The notes beneath the pieces were generated by a model that saw only the letters and a list, made by a program, of their open reading frames with translations, made no database searches and was not told the origin of the DNA. DNA of 64,000 nucleotides from an uncultured delta proteobacterium (GTDB lineage: Bacteria > Desulfobacterota > Binatia > UBA9968), in the NCBI GenBank assembly GCA_963816145.1, contig CAWFJP010000002.1:1-64000 (forward strand), given 5' to 3'. Made by a program: the position numbers and the translations under genes. Below, in pieces: positions 1 through 10,155 of the stretch (within the stretch, counting starts at the first letter, position 1; the number at the start of each line of letters is the position of its first letter).

Positions 1-183
1 GTCAAATCTTTATCTAAGGCGTAAGCCCTCTTCAAAAAAGAAAGCAGTCAAATTTCTTCCCATGTCATGAAAAAGCGTACTGAACCTATGGAAGAAAAAT
101 AGCCTGTCCCGCCGTTTCAGGAGAGAGACGGAAAATTACTCTTTTTAAGAAATCGCGTTTGTAACTGCGGGGCAGGCGACCCT

Positions 184-477
184 TTAGGCGGCCAATTTCA
201 CAGCGACCGAGACACCGGCCTTCGCGCACAGGCCCACGAGATAGTCTAGAGACAGCTTGTCGACCTTATTGCGCGCAATCTCCGAGATGCGAGGTTGGAC
301 TACCCCGAGACGCTTGGCAGCTTCCGCTTGGGTAATCCCCTCACGGTCCATCCATTTGCGGAGCGCTTCTGCCAGCTCGCAACGCAGGAGCATCACAGCG
401 GCCTGATGGGCTGGGAAGCCAAGATCCAGGAACACATTGTTTACGCCGTGTGTTTGCTGCGCCCGCTTTTTTTTCAT
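184..477 (-). CDS. higA: XRE/HTH antitoxin (HigA-like) of a type II toxin-antitoxin pair
   Basis: 97 aa; N-terminal NVFLDLGF motif and HTH (ITQAEAAKRLGVVQPRISEI); 4-nt ATGA overlap with the upstream toxin. Confidence 0.85.
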   Translation of the reverse strand: MKKKRAQQTHGVNNVFLDLGFPAHQAAVMLLRCELAEALRKWMDREGITQAEAAKRLGVVQPRISEIARNKVDKLSLDYLVGLCAKAGVSVAVKLAA

Positions 478-797
478 GACGGTCCTCCGATTAATCTGTA
501 ACGCTTGGTTGCCAGATCGATGTCTGCCGGCGATGTCTTTCGGGTCTTTTTTTGAAAAGCGTGCAAGACATAAACCGCTTCCTCGAATTTGGCTACGTAC
601 ACGACGCGGAACGCGCCGCCGGCATCGCGTATGCGAATTTCGTAGGCTCCAGCGCCAACGGTCGGAAGCGGTTTGAAGTCCGCCGGCTCACGCCCGACTT
701 GCACCATGAACAAGTCGTATCCAGCCTGTCGGCGAGCCGACTCGGGAAACGCCGTTAAATCGCGACGCGCTGTGCCAAGAAACCGGGTCGGCTTCAT
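474..797 (-). CDS. higB: RelE/ParE-superfamily toxin (HigB/Gp49-like)
   Basis: GAYEIRI, FRVVYV and VLHAFQKKTRKT motifs; toxin-before-antitoxin order. Confidence 0.85.
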   Translation of the reverse strand: MKPTRFLGTARRDLTAFPESARRQAGYDLFMVQVGREPADFKPLPTVGAGAYEIRIRDAGGAFRVVYVAKFEEAVYVLHAFQKKTRKTSPADIDLATKRYRLIGGPS

Positions 798-1164
798 TGC
801 GATGGATTATACGAATATTCGTATGAGCTTGCAACTCACTCGAATGCCTAATGCGGGCGATCTGGGGTTGCCCAGTAAATGATTGTGAATGATTGGCGCC
901 TGGCCTTGCTTTATTGACTATCCATCCTTAAGTATTAGTCGACCGATGAATCTGCCTGGCCGATTCGTTTTCCGCTGAGCCTGTTCGAGCCAATACCCGA
1001 TCTTTTCACGTAGGGAGTGGTCTTAGGGTGAGGCTTGCTTAATCCTGACAGTTTGGTTTCAGCTCTGCTAAACTTGATCGATTTTGCATTCTCATCGATC
1101 CAGCCTATAACAAACACTAATCATGCAGGGATAGTATTTGTCATCACGACAGGGGAGATAAGCC

Positions 1165-1949
1165 ATGAATAAGCTGACTTCCATTCTATTCACCTTCATT
1201 TGCTGCACATGGGCGTGTGCGAAGGTGCCGTACCTTCGCTTGACGTGCATGCGCTGCTGCAACAGGCGGCGGCCGGCGGCTGGCGCTCCGACGCCAACAA
1301 GGCCCGCGACCAGTACCGCCATCCCGTCGAGACGCTAGAGTTTTTCGGTCTCAAGCCCAATATGACGGTGGTCGAACTCACGCCGGGCGGCGGCTGGTAC
1401 ACGGACATATTGGCGCCGGTGCTGCGCGACCGCGGCCAGCTCATCGCCGCCACCGGAAATCTCAGCGGTGATTTCACCAAGAAGCTCGCGGGTAATCCCG
1501 AAGTGTTCGGCAAGGTCAAGCTCCTGCAGTTCGCACCGCCCGAGCATGTAAAAATGGGCGCCGACGGCACGGCCGACATGGTATTAAGCTTCCGCAACCT
1601 GCACGATTGGCTGAACGACAGCGCTGCGGAACTGGACAGCGTGTTCCATGCGGCGTTCGATGTGCTGAAGCCGGGCGGCATCTTCGGCATCGAGGAGCAT
1701 CGCGCGCGGCCGTACATGGACGCGGCGCAGAGTTCCAAGAATTTGCACCGCCTCCCCGAGGGCTACGTCATCGCGCTCGGCCTCAAGAACGGTTTCGTGC
1801 TCGCCGGCGTCGCGGAGATTAACGCCAATCCCAAGGATGACGAGAGCGTCAACGTGCATCGCTTGCTGCCGGACTTGGCAGGCGGCAACGAGAGCCTCAA
1901 GCCGATCGGCGAGAGCGACCGGATGACACTCAAGTTTGTCAAACCCTGA
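1165..1949 (+). CDS. Exported class I SAM-dependent methyltransferase-like protein; probable 1-nt frameshift near 1198-1201
   Basis: RDQYRHPVETLEFFG, VVELTPGGGWYT, FRNLHDW and IGESDRMTLKF motifs. RBS (AGGGGAG) and ATG at 1165 are out of frame with the main ORF 1200-1949. Confidence 0.75.
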
Positions 1950-2201
1950 CAAACTGAAGAGGGAAAAATGTCAGACTTTTACTTCCCGACTTTCTTTTGA
2001 AATTGCTATGCCCTCGGCGCATGACGCTTTCTTTTCCCCTCTTCAGAGATCGCAGGCTTCAGACCACGACGTGTGTTTACGATGCGCTCAATCGGTCTAC
2101 GACGGCGATGGGCGCAGGGTCACGCTTGATCTTGTCTATTGTGGGTTCGAGCCGAGCAAACTTCCAGACGCTCATGCTGCGTGGGCTTCACAGGGTATTG
2201 C

Positions 2202-2990
2202 TCAGTTCGCTCGGGTGATCAGCCGGGCATCGTTGGTGCGCACAAATCCCGGCGGATTACCGCGGTTCGACCGCACTTCGAGCCAGTCCCCCGAAGAACG
2301 TACGACGTTGATCCGCGTGCCTCTGCCGATTTGCGAGATAGCCCGCGCTGTCGATGACGGATTTTCATAGACTGTCGTCGCCTGGGTTGTTTCATAGACT
2401 CCCGGCTCGACTGCTCGTCGTGTCGCCACCGGCTGACTAGGCGACGGCGGCGTGGCCGGCGCCGGCGATGTAGTTCTCCCAGCCGCGACCGGCCGGCTCG
2501 CGCTCGAACGACCCGCGTCACGGCTGGCGACGCTTTGCCGCTGCTGGGTTGCCGCGAGTGCTTTCTGGCTTTCCTCAAGTTTACTCTTCATTGCGCCGAG
2601 GCGATTAGCGTTCTCGCTCAGTTGTTGCTGCACTTGCGCCAGCTGGGCTTGCTGACTTTGAATGATTTCCTCCTTCGCTCGCAGCTGTTTTTGGTTAGCC
2701 TGCGATAACAGCGATAGCTCCCTGCGTTGTCGGTACCCGCCGACAAAAAAGGCGCTCAAAACGACGACGAGCATGCCGGCGGACCAGATAAACTTCGACG
2801 GGATTGGGAATTTCTTCCGGCGATTCAAGCCAACGCGGGGCACCGAAGAGGGCTGGTTACGGTTGAGCCACTTAGGAGCCATCCCTGATAAGAGATCGGC
2901 TTTGCAATAAGAACATTTCGCGGCGTCTGCCGCGATGCTGTTGGCACAGTAGGGGCAAAGCTGCATCGGCGTGGCGGATTCTCCGATCAT
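2202..2990 (-). CDS. Zn-ribbon / TM / coiled-coil / C-terminal SH3b-domain protein
   Basis: CPYC...CSYC, one hydrophobic helix, Q/E/K-rich coil, Pro-rich linker, SH3b-like tail (GTRINVVRSSGDWLEV...GFV). Confidence 0.7.
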   Translation of the reverse strand: MIGESATPMQLCPYCANSIAADAAKCSYCKADLLSGMAPKWLNRNQPSSVPRVGLNRRKKFPIPSKFIWSAGMLVVVLSAFFVGGYRQRRELSLLSQANQKQLRAKEEIIQSQQAQLAQVQQQLSENANRLGAMKSKLEESQKALAATQQRQSVASRDAGRSSASRPVAAGRTTSPAPATPPSPSQPVATRRAVEPGVYETTQATTVYENPSSTARAISQIGRGTRINVVRSSGDWLEVRSNRGNPPGFVRTNDARLITRAN

Positions 2991-3376
2991 GACATTCCAT
3001 CCTTCGAGTTGTAGTTAACCCTATCCTGGTATTCGCCATGGCGTCATGGGCGTTGTTTCACGAGGTCTTTTCTGAAACGACTTCATGCGACGTCAAGCGC
3101 CGCTTGGTTAGACGTTGGGAAAACATAAATGTGAATAGGCTCTCTCTGGCCGGCTTGGCAGATGAGCAGTTGAGCATGGCGAACACGCGCAGACCGGTGC
3201 GACGCATGTACTGCGCAATCGACTGATGCTTATCAGGGAAATTGGCCGGCGAAATTGATGCGCTAAATTCAGAAAAAAGGATCTTTTGCGAGTATAGTGT
3301 TAAAATTCAGATCGGGCACGAGGTCAGGTAGGGCTAAATCTGGATTCTACAAGCTTGGATCTCAGACGGTGGAGGA

Positions 3377-4276
3377 GTGTCATTGGGTCAAATTGAGTTA
3401 GCCGTCGTATGGAAGCGACCGGGTGCTTTCGCGATCCAGACGCTAAAGGCATTTCGTGCCAATCAGGGACTGCTTTTGGCGGGCGGCGTCGCTTACTACG
3501 CGCTGCTATCGATTGTGCCGCTGCTCATTCTTACCGTCATCGGGCTCTCCTACGTTATCGATCAGGCGGAGTTGCTCGATACGCTCGGCCGCTATCTGGA
3601 GTGGCTAATTCCGGGGCAATCCAGATTGATCGTTGCTGAGCTGGCGAACTTTCTTAATCATCGCAACGTCATCGGCTGGGTGCTATTGGCGACAATGATA
3701 TTTTTCAGCTCCCTGGCGTTCACGGTTCTGGAAAACGCCATGTCGGTAATTTTTATTCATCGGGTCGCCATCCGCAGGCGCCATTTTCTCGTCTCTGCGC
3801 TACTGCCTTATTGCTACATCTTGTTCCTCGGAGTCGGCGTGTTGTTGGTGACGCTGGTCTCCGGCAGCCTGCAGGCGATGGGGCAGGAAAGCGTGGATTT
3901 TTTGGGGCGTAACTGGCCCCTTGGCGGCGTTTCTGGCGTGCTTCTCTATCTGCTCGGATTCGGCGGAGAAATCTTCGTTATCACATCGGTCTACCTGGTC
4001 ATGCCGGTGGGACGGCTGTCGCTGCGGCGCGCGCTGATCGGCGGCGTCTCGGCGGCGCTGCTTTGGGAACTCACTCGCCATGTGCTCGTCTGGTACTTCG
4101 CCACTTTGTCACAGGTCGGTGTCGTCTACGGTTCACTGACGACGGCAATCGCAGTACTGCTGAGCTTGGATCTCGCGGCGACGTTGCTGTTGCTGGGCGC
4201 CCAGGTCATCTCCGAATATGAGCGCGTGGGCAGAGCCGATCAGGAGGGATCGCCACAGCCATTGCGCACCCAATAA
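3377..4276 (+). CDS. YihY/BrkB-family inner-membrane protein
   Basis: AGGVAYYALLSIVPLL and VYGSLTTAIAVLL motifs, multiple TM helices; GGAGG RBS before GTG. Confidence 0.85.
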   Translation: MSLGQIELAVVWKRPGAFAIQTLKAFRANQGLLLAGGVAYYALLSIVPLLILTVIGLSYVIDQAELLDTLGRYLEWLIPGQSRLIVAELANFLNHRNVIGWVLLATMIFFSSLAFTVLENAMSVIFIHRVAIRRRHFLVSALLPYCYILFLGVGVLLVTLVSGSLQAMGQESVDFLGRNWPLGGVSGVLLYLLGFGGEIFVITSVYLVMPVGRLSLRRALIGGVSAALLWELTRHVLVWYFATLSQVGVVYGSLTTAIAVLLSLDLAATLLLLGAQVISEYERVGRADQEGSPQPLRTQ

Positions 4277-4380
4277 GCGCTGCTTTTTGGCATTGGCAAG
4301 CTGTCAGTACGAGATCGGCCCATCGCGCATGATTTGACGACAGCGGGTTCTAGCCAAACTATCCGCCAACTATTCCCGGT

Positions 4381-4463
4381 CGGACCGGCGCAAGCTATAG
4401 AGTCAGCGTTAGAAGATCGCATAAATTGCCTGGCGTGGAGGCTTGGCGGTCGTGTTTTGGACT
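4381..4463 (+). repeat. Dispersed ~100-bp intergenic element, copy A
   Basis: Ungapped alignment to 5281-5363 gives 64/83 identities by hand count. Confidence 0.8.
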
Positions 4464-4644
4464 TAGCGCGGCCCGATCCGGCGAGATATTGTCTCCCGAG
4501 CGCGGTTAATGTGGAGCTCCAACCAAACTGTTTTTTCCCCTTGGTTTTAATTTGGAGACGCAGTAGCATCAACGCCGATTTATAGAATTGTCCTTTGTGA
4601 AGGCGCTCGGAGTGTCGTGAGCCAAAAGTTCAGCGGGAGGATCT

Positions 4645-5118
4645 ATGAATGAAATTAAAACAATTCTAGCACCGACAGACTTGTCGACCTTTTCCGTCAA
4701 AGGTCTCGTCTACGCGGCAAATTTGGCTAAAGCTCTCGGCGCCCAAGTCATCGTCTGTCATGTCGTGCGAACTGAAGAGTTTGTCGGGCACGCCCGCCTA
4801 CTGGAAAAAGCCATCACCGCATCCAAGGTCGAAGAGCAATTAGGCCAGTTGCGCGATAGTCACCGGGATTTGTTACACGAGTTCATCAAGCGCCACCTTC
4901 CTGCACCGACGAAGGAAGTGGTGATCAAGGAGATTGTCGAGATGGGCGAACCCGACGATCTAATCGTCAACTGGGCCAACGATAACTCCATCGACGTCAT
5001 CGTGATTTCTACCCATGGTCGTAGCGGACTCCCGCGGATGATTTTGGGCAGTGTTACAGAAAAGGTTCTGCGTAAGGCTCGATGTCCGGTCCTGGCGATC
5101 CCGTGCCATGATGAATAA
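4645..5118 (+). CDS. Universal stress protein (UspA family)
   Basis: ILAPTDLS...ISTHGRSG...LGSVTEKVLRKARCPVL. Confidence 0.95.
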   Translation: MNEIKTILAPTDLSTFSVKGLVYAANLAKALGAQVIVCHVVRTEEFVGHARLLEKAITASKVEEQLGQLRDSHRDLLHEFIKRHLPAPTKEVVIKEIVEMGEPDDLIVNWANDNSIDVIVISTHGRSGLPRMILGSVTEKVLRKARCPVLAIPCHDE

Positions 5119-5280
5119 TTGTTCGTAAAGTGCCGCCAGCATCGTGATGGTCGGAAACTTCGCTGTCGACTTAGAGCATCAGGGGTAACATGGTCAAGCC
5201 TTGCTTTCTTAACAATGAACTTGTCTTTAGCGGATCCATGCCGATAATCTTTAAGCCGCAAAAACTTAACTCCAGGGGGT

Positions 5281-5382
5281 TGGACGAGCATAAGCTGTTG
5301 AGTCAGCGATAGTAGGTTGCATAAATCGCGTGGCTTGGAGGCTTAGCGGTATTTTTCTGGACTGAAACGGACGCTCTAAGAC
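5281..5382 (+). repeat. Dispersed ~100-bp intergenic element, copy B
   Basis: Core AAGCT.TTGAGTCAGCGATA...TGGCTTGGAGGCTTAGCG...TGGACTGAAAC...GCTCTAAGAC. Confidence 0.8.
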
Positions 5383-5495
5383 TCGGAACCCTTCGAATCG
5401 GCTCAGTGCCGGCGGCCCGTGCATTACCAATCGTCGTTAACCTGACTAACCAAGAACACTTGAGGCTAAGCCAGTGTTACAGTCAACCAGGCTTG

Positions 5496-6500
5496 TCACG
5501 GAGCTTTTTTAAATTTCTCGAACTGAGCTTTGAACTTCTCGCAGCCATCCTTATCGTCAACCCGCGGGGTAAACCAGAGATAGTCAAAGGGCGCCCGTCC
5601 CGCTGCGTTTGCCAGGAGATATTTATGCGGCTCAGGCTCCAGCTGGTCGACTTCGACGAAAGCGATGCTGACAACCTGCTGGCCCGGCGCCTTTGCCGTC
5701 AGATAAATCGGAATCCCGTAATCGCTGCGGACATGACCCGCTCCGGCCACCAGTACTGCGCCGTCGGCGGTGGCTGCGGCAATCAAGCTCTGCGCCATCT
5801 GCGCGTCTCTGGCGCGCTGGACCTGCACCATGGTTTGGACGCTTTCCGCGGAGCCATAGCCGCAGTGCGAATTGCGAATGTCGGCGGCCATTGTCGCGAA
5901 CATCACGTCGGAGAGCGGCCGATCCAGACCGAGGTCGCGTCGCACGGACGGCTCGAGAGCCAAGCCGTCACGGCTCATTTTCCGCGCGGTGGCGAGCGGC
6001 AGATTGGTTGCGAAAATCGCTAGCTTTGCCGCCAGCGCCGCCTCGGCGATGGGCTGATACATCGCCCAGTCAGGCCAACCGCTCTTTTGCCAATTCAGCG
6101 CCGGACCCAGGCCCGCGGCATCGCGTGGCGCGCGCGCCAGGTGGTTGGCGATGGCGCCGGCGTCGTCGAGGCTGAACATCTCAAAACCCACGGCGGGACG
6201 GCGGCCGGCGGCGATCAAGCCGCGCAGCACCTCAGCCTGCAACCTGTGGTGGTCCGGATTGTCGTGCTTCTCGCCAAGGAGCACGAACTCGGCGCGAGCC
6301 AAACGCATCATGAGGTTGTGGCGATCGATGAATTTGCCAGACGCCACTTCCCAGATTCGGCCGGTTAGAGGATGGTTGCGGCCGTAATTGGACTGCCAGG
6401 AGGTTGCCGAGCACGCCGACAGCACTGCCGTCAGCACGAAGCAGGTTAAATAGAGCCAATTCAAGCTTGCGGTCGACGTTCCAGCTAACCTCATTCGCAT
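5496..6500 (-). CDS. ChaN/PhuW-family lipoprotein (heme/iron-uptake associated)
   Basis: Lipobox LSAC; LLGEKHDNPDHH, GFEMF, QRARDAQMA and AGAGHVRSDYGIP motifs. Confidence 0.85.
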   Translation of the reverse strand: MRMRLAGTSTASLNWLYLTCFVLTAVLSACSATSWQSNYGRNHPLTGRIWEVASGKFIDRHNLMMRLARAEFVLLGEKHDNPDHHRLQAEVLRGLIAAGRRPAVGFEMFSLDDAGAIANHLARAPRDAAGLGPALNWQKSGWPDWAMYQPIAEAALAAKLAIFATNLPLATARKMSRDGLALEPSVRRDLGLDRPLSDVMFATMAADIRNSHCGYGSAESVQTMVQVQRARDAQMAQSLIAAATADGAVLVAGAGHVRSDYGIPIYLTAKAPGQQVVSIAFVEVDQLEPEPHKYLLANAAGRAPFDYLWFTPRVDDKDGCEKFKAQFEKFKKAP

Positions 6501-7040
6501 GGTCTAGACACTAACATGCGCGCCCGCCGTGACAAAAAGCTCAATCGCCGCATCTGGACCGGAAGACTTCATTCAATATGAGACAAAGTCACCGGGGTCC
6601 GGCTTGGAGGGATTAACAGTTCGTGATGTGAGGGAAGCGGGCAGGATACCGTTACATGGAAAGGCTACCGGCGCGTATGTTAGAAGCCCTGAGCGCCGCG
6701 ACTTCCATGAGGGCAAATCCATAGACGTGTCCGTGCTCGTGATATCAATGCTGCGGCCCGTTCCAATCGGTCCGCTCAAGACGTTTACTGAACCAGGCCC
6801 GTTTAAGCGTTTAAGGGTCAAGAGTTCAGGATCTCACCGCCAGGTTGTGACAAGTCGCAAAATATCGAAACGCTCTATGAAAGCGCGGGATGGCTCGCGA
6901 CTCCGGGGTGCTTCGTCGGGAAGGAGATAAAACCGTGCAGGACAGCCGACCCGGTCTGAACAGTGGGAGATTGTTGTTCCATGGTGGTATTGATAGACGT
7001 GTACAGACAGTTCGGAAACGTATTGCATGGAGGCACTCGA

Positions 7041-7172
7041 ATGAATCAGAACGCTAAACGTAATTTGCAGCGCCGCAAGCGGCAAGCGAACCGACTTTCT
7101 AAACGGGAGTATTTCAGGACAAAGAAAGATGCTCTCAATGTGACGGCTGCTGGGAAGGATAAGGCGGCTTAG
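7041..7172 (+). CDS. Small basic hypothetical protein (43 aa, MNQNAKRNLQRRKRQANRLSKREYF...)
   Basis: GGAGG RBS before ATG 7041; very Arg/Lys-rich. Confidence 0.4.
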   Translation: MNQNAKRNLQRRKRQANRLSKREYFRTKKDALNVTAAGKDKAA

Positions 7173-7298
7173 ACCTTTCTTCGTGGCTCTTTTTTAAGAA
7201 AACCTGAGTTCAAGCGGTTTTTACTGGGTTGCGGGGCCTGGCCGGTCTTTCTTGCGGACCCGCTTACCATCCACCTGGTTCCCAACAAAGGAGAAATC

Positions 7299-7874
7299 AT
7301 GCCGCGCATCCGACCGACAAAGTTCGCTCACGTGGTTTACCGCACGCGCCGCTTCGAGCAAATGCTAAATTGGTATGAGACCGTGTTTGACGCCAAGGTC
7401 CAGTACCAGAACCCAGCGCTGGCTTTCTTGACCTATGACGATGAACACCACCGCTTTGCGTTTGCCAACATGTCGCTCTTCCAGCCAGAGGGCAGCGAAA
7501 CCGATCGTCATGACGTGATCGGTGTCGACCATGTGGCTTACACCTATGCGTCTTTGAACGAGCTGCTCGAGAACTATGCGCAACTCAAGGAAAAGGGCAT
7601 CACTCCGTACTGGTGTGTCCATCACGGTATCACGGTGTCGATGTACTACGCCGACCCCGATGGCAATCAGATGGAGTTTCAAGTCGATAGCTACAGTTCG
7701 AGTGAAGACGCCAACGCTTTTATCAAGTCACACTTCAGCGTTAATCCCATTGGCGTCGAGTACGACCCGGAAGACTGGCTTTCCCGGGTGCGCGCCGGGG
7801 CGCCGGTGTCAGACTTTCTGGTGCGCCAGGTGCACGAACCGGTGTCCCCGGTGCGCGGCTCGATAACCAGTTAG
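7299..7874 (+). CDS. VOC/glyoxalase-family protein
   Basis: AHVVYRT, DEHHRFA, GVDHVAYTY, HGITVSMYYADPDGNQMEFQ; AAGGAG RBS. Confidence 0.9.
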   Translation: MPRIRPTKFAHVVYRTRRFEQMLNWYETVFDAKVQYQNPALAFLTYDDEHHRFAFANMSLFQPEGSETDRHDVIGVDHVAYTYASLNELLENYAQLKEKGITPYWCVHHGITVSMYYADPDGNQMEFQVDSYSSSEDANAFIKSHFSVNPIGVEYDPEDWLSRVRAGAPVSDFLVRQVHEPVSPVRGSITS

Positions 7875-8063
7875 GACGCGGCGGCGGTCTTTCGTTTCCA
7901 GGTTTTCTTTTTAAATGGCTCCGACCTCGACTTGGTTAAGGAGTTAGAAATGCTGGGAAGGCGCTGGGTCAGGTCTGGCAATGCAATTCTGCTGAGAATC
8001 CCATTGTAAATTGTAATTTGACGGCAGCTGAAGTTGTGCCGGTGACCGCGAGAATCTTGCGGC

Positions 8064-8165
8064 CGAACCAGCGCAAGCTATTGAATCAACGATATAAGAT
8101 TGCTTGGCTTGGTGGCTTGGAGGCTTAGCGAGCTTTATTTGGACTGAAACACACGGCTCTAAGAC
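8064..8165 (+). repeat. Dispersed ~100-bp intergenic element, copy C
   Basis: Aligns with copies A and B: GCGCAAGCTATTGAATCAACGATA...GTGGCTTGGAGGCTTAGCG...TGGACTGAAAC...GCTCTAAGAC. Confidence 0.8.
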
Positions 8166-8364
8166 ACCGAAGAGCGGATGGGATCAGGCTTTTGCGTCTA
8201 GACTTTTATTGTCATTAAAAACCACCGTCATCGAATCAAGATAATGCTCCTGACATCTGATAGTGAAGCCCGTGCAAAACCTTCAAGACACACTTCAGAG
8301 CTTGCATTTTTACAACAGGCCGAGTTTCGTCACCTGATAAACCGCAGATTACGGAGGCCGATCC

Positions 8365-9372
8365 ATGAAATCCCCGCGCGCTGCCGCTAAATTTATTGCG
8401 ATTGCCGTGGCCGTCCTGCTCTATGAGGAGGCGATTGCTCAGGAGCGGCCGACGCTGCTGGTCGGCCATGGGACGTTGTCGGGGTCGATCTTGCCGCTGT
8501 GGGTCGGTGCCGAGGCCAAGCTGTTCGACAAGCATGGCGTCCAGGTAAAACCGATTTATTTGCCGCGTGCCGCCGGCCGGCCGGCGCTGTTGGCCGGTGA
8601 GATCCAGATCTACTTTTCGGCCGGTCCGCCGTTGGTGCAGATGCGTCTGAGCGGCGGTGATGTCGCGATTACCTCGTGCGCAGCGCACAAACTGACTTCG
8701 AAGATCATGGTCGTTCCGGCGATTCAAAAACTCGCCGATCTGCGCGGCAAAGTATTCGCGGTCGCCAATCCCGGTTCGGCGAGCGATTTTGCCGCCAAGC
8801 TGTTTCTGGCGCGCCAAGGGCTCAAGCCCGGGCAGGATGTTTCGCTTATCTACAGCGGGTCGACCAGCGCGGCATTTGCGGCGCTGGTCAACGGCCGAGT
8901 GCAGGCGATCTTCGCAACTTCGCCCAACGATTTACAGGCGGCGCAAGCGGGGTTTAAGGCGCTCTTGGAATTGGGCGACTTGAACATTCCTTACATCGGC
9001 AATTGCAGTGCGGCGATGCGTCCGTACATCGCAAAACAGCCTGGACGCATGCGCAGTTTCGTTGCCGGTATCACCGAAGCGATCGCCTATATTCGACGGC
9101 GCCCCACTGAGGCGAAGACGGTGTTGGAAAAGTACACCCGGGTGTCCGAGCCGAGCATTTTGCAACACGCCTATGACGCCGATACCGCTTACATGGAGCC
9201 GGTGCCGCGGCCAAGTGCCGAGGGAACTCGGACGGTGCTCGAACATCTCGGCGTTACCGGCCGGCCAGCCGACCAATTTGTCGCGGAGTTTATCGACGAC
9301 CGCTTCATGCGCCAGATCATCGACGAAGGTTTGGTGAAACAGCTCTACCCGAGCGGCGTTCCGGCGCGCTGA
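8365..9372 (+). CDS. Orphan ABC substrate-binding protein (NMT1/SsuA/TauA-like)
   Basis: Signal peptide; LFDKHGVQV, DLRGKVFAV..PGSASD and GLKPGQDV motifs; no adjacent permease. Confidence 0.85.
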   Translation: MKSPRAAAKFIAIAVAVLLYEEAIAQERPTLLVGHGTLSGSILPLWVGAEAKLFDKHGVQVKPIYLPRAAGRPALLAGEIQIYFSAGPPLVQMRLSGGDVAITSCAAHKLTSKIMVVPAIQKLADLRGKVFAVANPGSASDFAAKLFLARQGLKPGQDVSLIYSGSTSAAFAALVNGRVQAIFATSPNDLQAAQAGFKALLELGDLNIPYIGNCSAAMRPYIAKQPGRMRSFVAGITEAIAYIRRRPTEAKTVLEKYTRVSEPSILQHAYDADTAYMEPVPRPSAEGTRTVLEHLGVTGRPADQFVAEFIDDRFMRQIIDEGLVKQLYPSGVPAR

Positions 9373-9402
9373 TTCGTTTGGGAAGACTCGGATGCGGAAA
9401 TT

Positions 9403-9539
9403 TATCTCGCAAAGACGCAAAGTTCGGACGTGCCGTCATTTCGACCGCAGGGAGAAATCTTTCCCAGATCCCTCACGGTCACTCGGGATGACGGGCATCG
9501 ACCCGTCACCTTTGCGTCTTGGCGCCTTGGCGGGAGATA
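9403..9539. repeat. Composite REP/MITE-like palindromic element, copy 1
   Basis: GCAAAGACGCAAAG / CTTTGCGTCTTGGCGCCTTGGCG arms around a GTCATTTCGACC..GGGAGAAATCT core; reverse complement of 17587-17729; lies between convergent genes. Confidence 0.85.
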
Positions 9540-9552
9540 CTGCGAATTCTTT

Positions 9553-10155
9553 TTACCAGTAGCGCACGCCGCCGATATCGACGTGGACGAAATCCGATTT
9601 CGGATAGAAACCGACGCCGCCGCCTTTCAAGTCGAGGGCGACTTTGCGTAGGGTGCGTAGGTCGCGGCCGGGGAGACGGATGTCGATGGCTTGGCCGACG
9701 GTATGCAAACTATTCTCCGCGACGCCGGTGGTATGGGCGCGCAGGTAGGCGTTGGTGCGATTCGATCGATAGCCGGAGATGACGTGAAACGGTTCGCGGC
9801 TGTCGAGTTGGCTGCGAATGGCGCAGAGCAGATCGAGAAGTTTGGGCGCAATCTCCTTGGTTTCGTTGGCCAGATGATCGCGCAACACGTGGTCGATCTG
9901 GCTGAGCGCTTCGCCGACGTATTGTCCCTGCTCCCAGTAAGTGACCTTCAAGCGTTCGCCGGTGTGGGTGTTGAAGAACGCCAGCGCGCGCTCCGGGCGC
10001 GATCCGCTCGCGCTCGCAGCGAAAATCGGACGCGGTAACGAAGCCGCCGCTAGCGCAACGAAGCCGAGTTGTAAAAACCGCCGGCGGCTATGAACCGGCG
10101 TCTTGGCGTCACTGATTCGGTTAAGGCGATCTCGACGGTGCGGTTGATGCGTCAT
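9553..10155 (-). CDS. YcbK/MepK (DUF882) M15 peptidoglycan endopeptidase, Tat-exported
   Basis: SRRRFL Tat signal; NTHTGE, ISGYRS, SLHTVGQAID and FVHVDIG motifs. Confidence 0.9.
   Translation of the reverse strand: MTHQPHRRDRLNRISDAKTPVHSRRRFLQLGFVALAAASLPRPIFAASASGSRPERALAFFNTHTGERLKVTYWEQGQYVGEALSQIDHVLRDHLANETKEIAPKLLDLLCAIRSQLDSREPFHVISGYRSNRTNAYLRAHTTGVAENSLHTVGQAIDIRLPGRDLRTLRKVALDLKGGGVGFYPKSDFVHVDIGGVRYW

Noticed and set aside
5355-5375. GGACTGAAA resembling a tRNA-Phe anticodon arm in the 100-bp repeat
   Set aside because: No closing stem, T-arm (GTTCRA) or acceptor stem.
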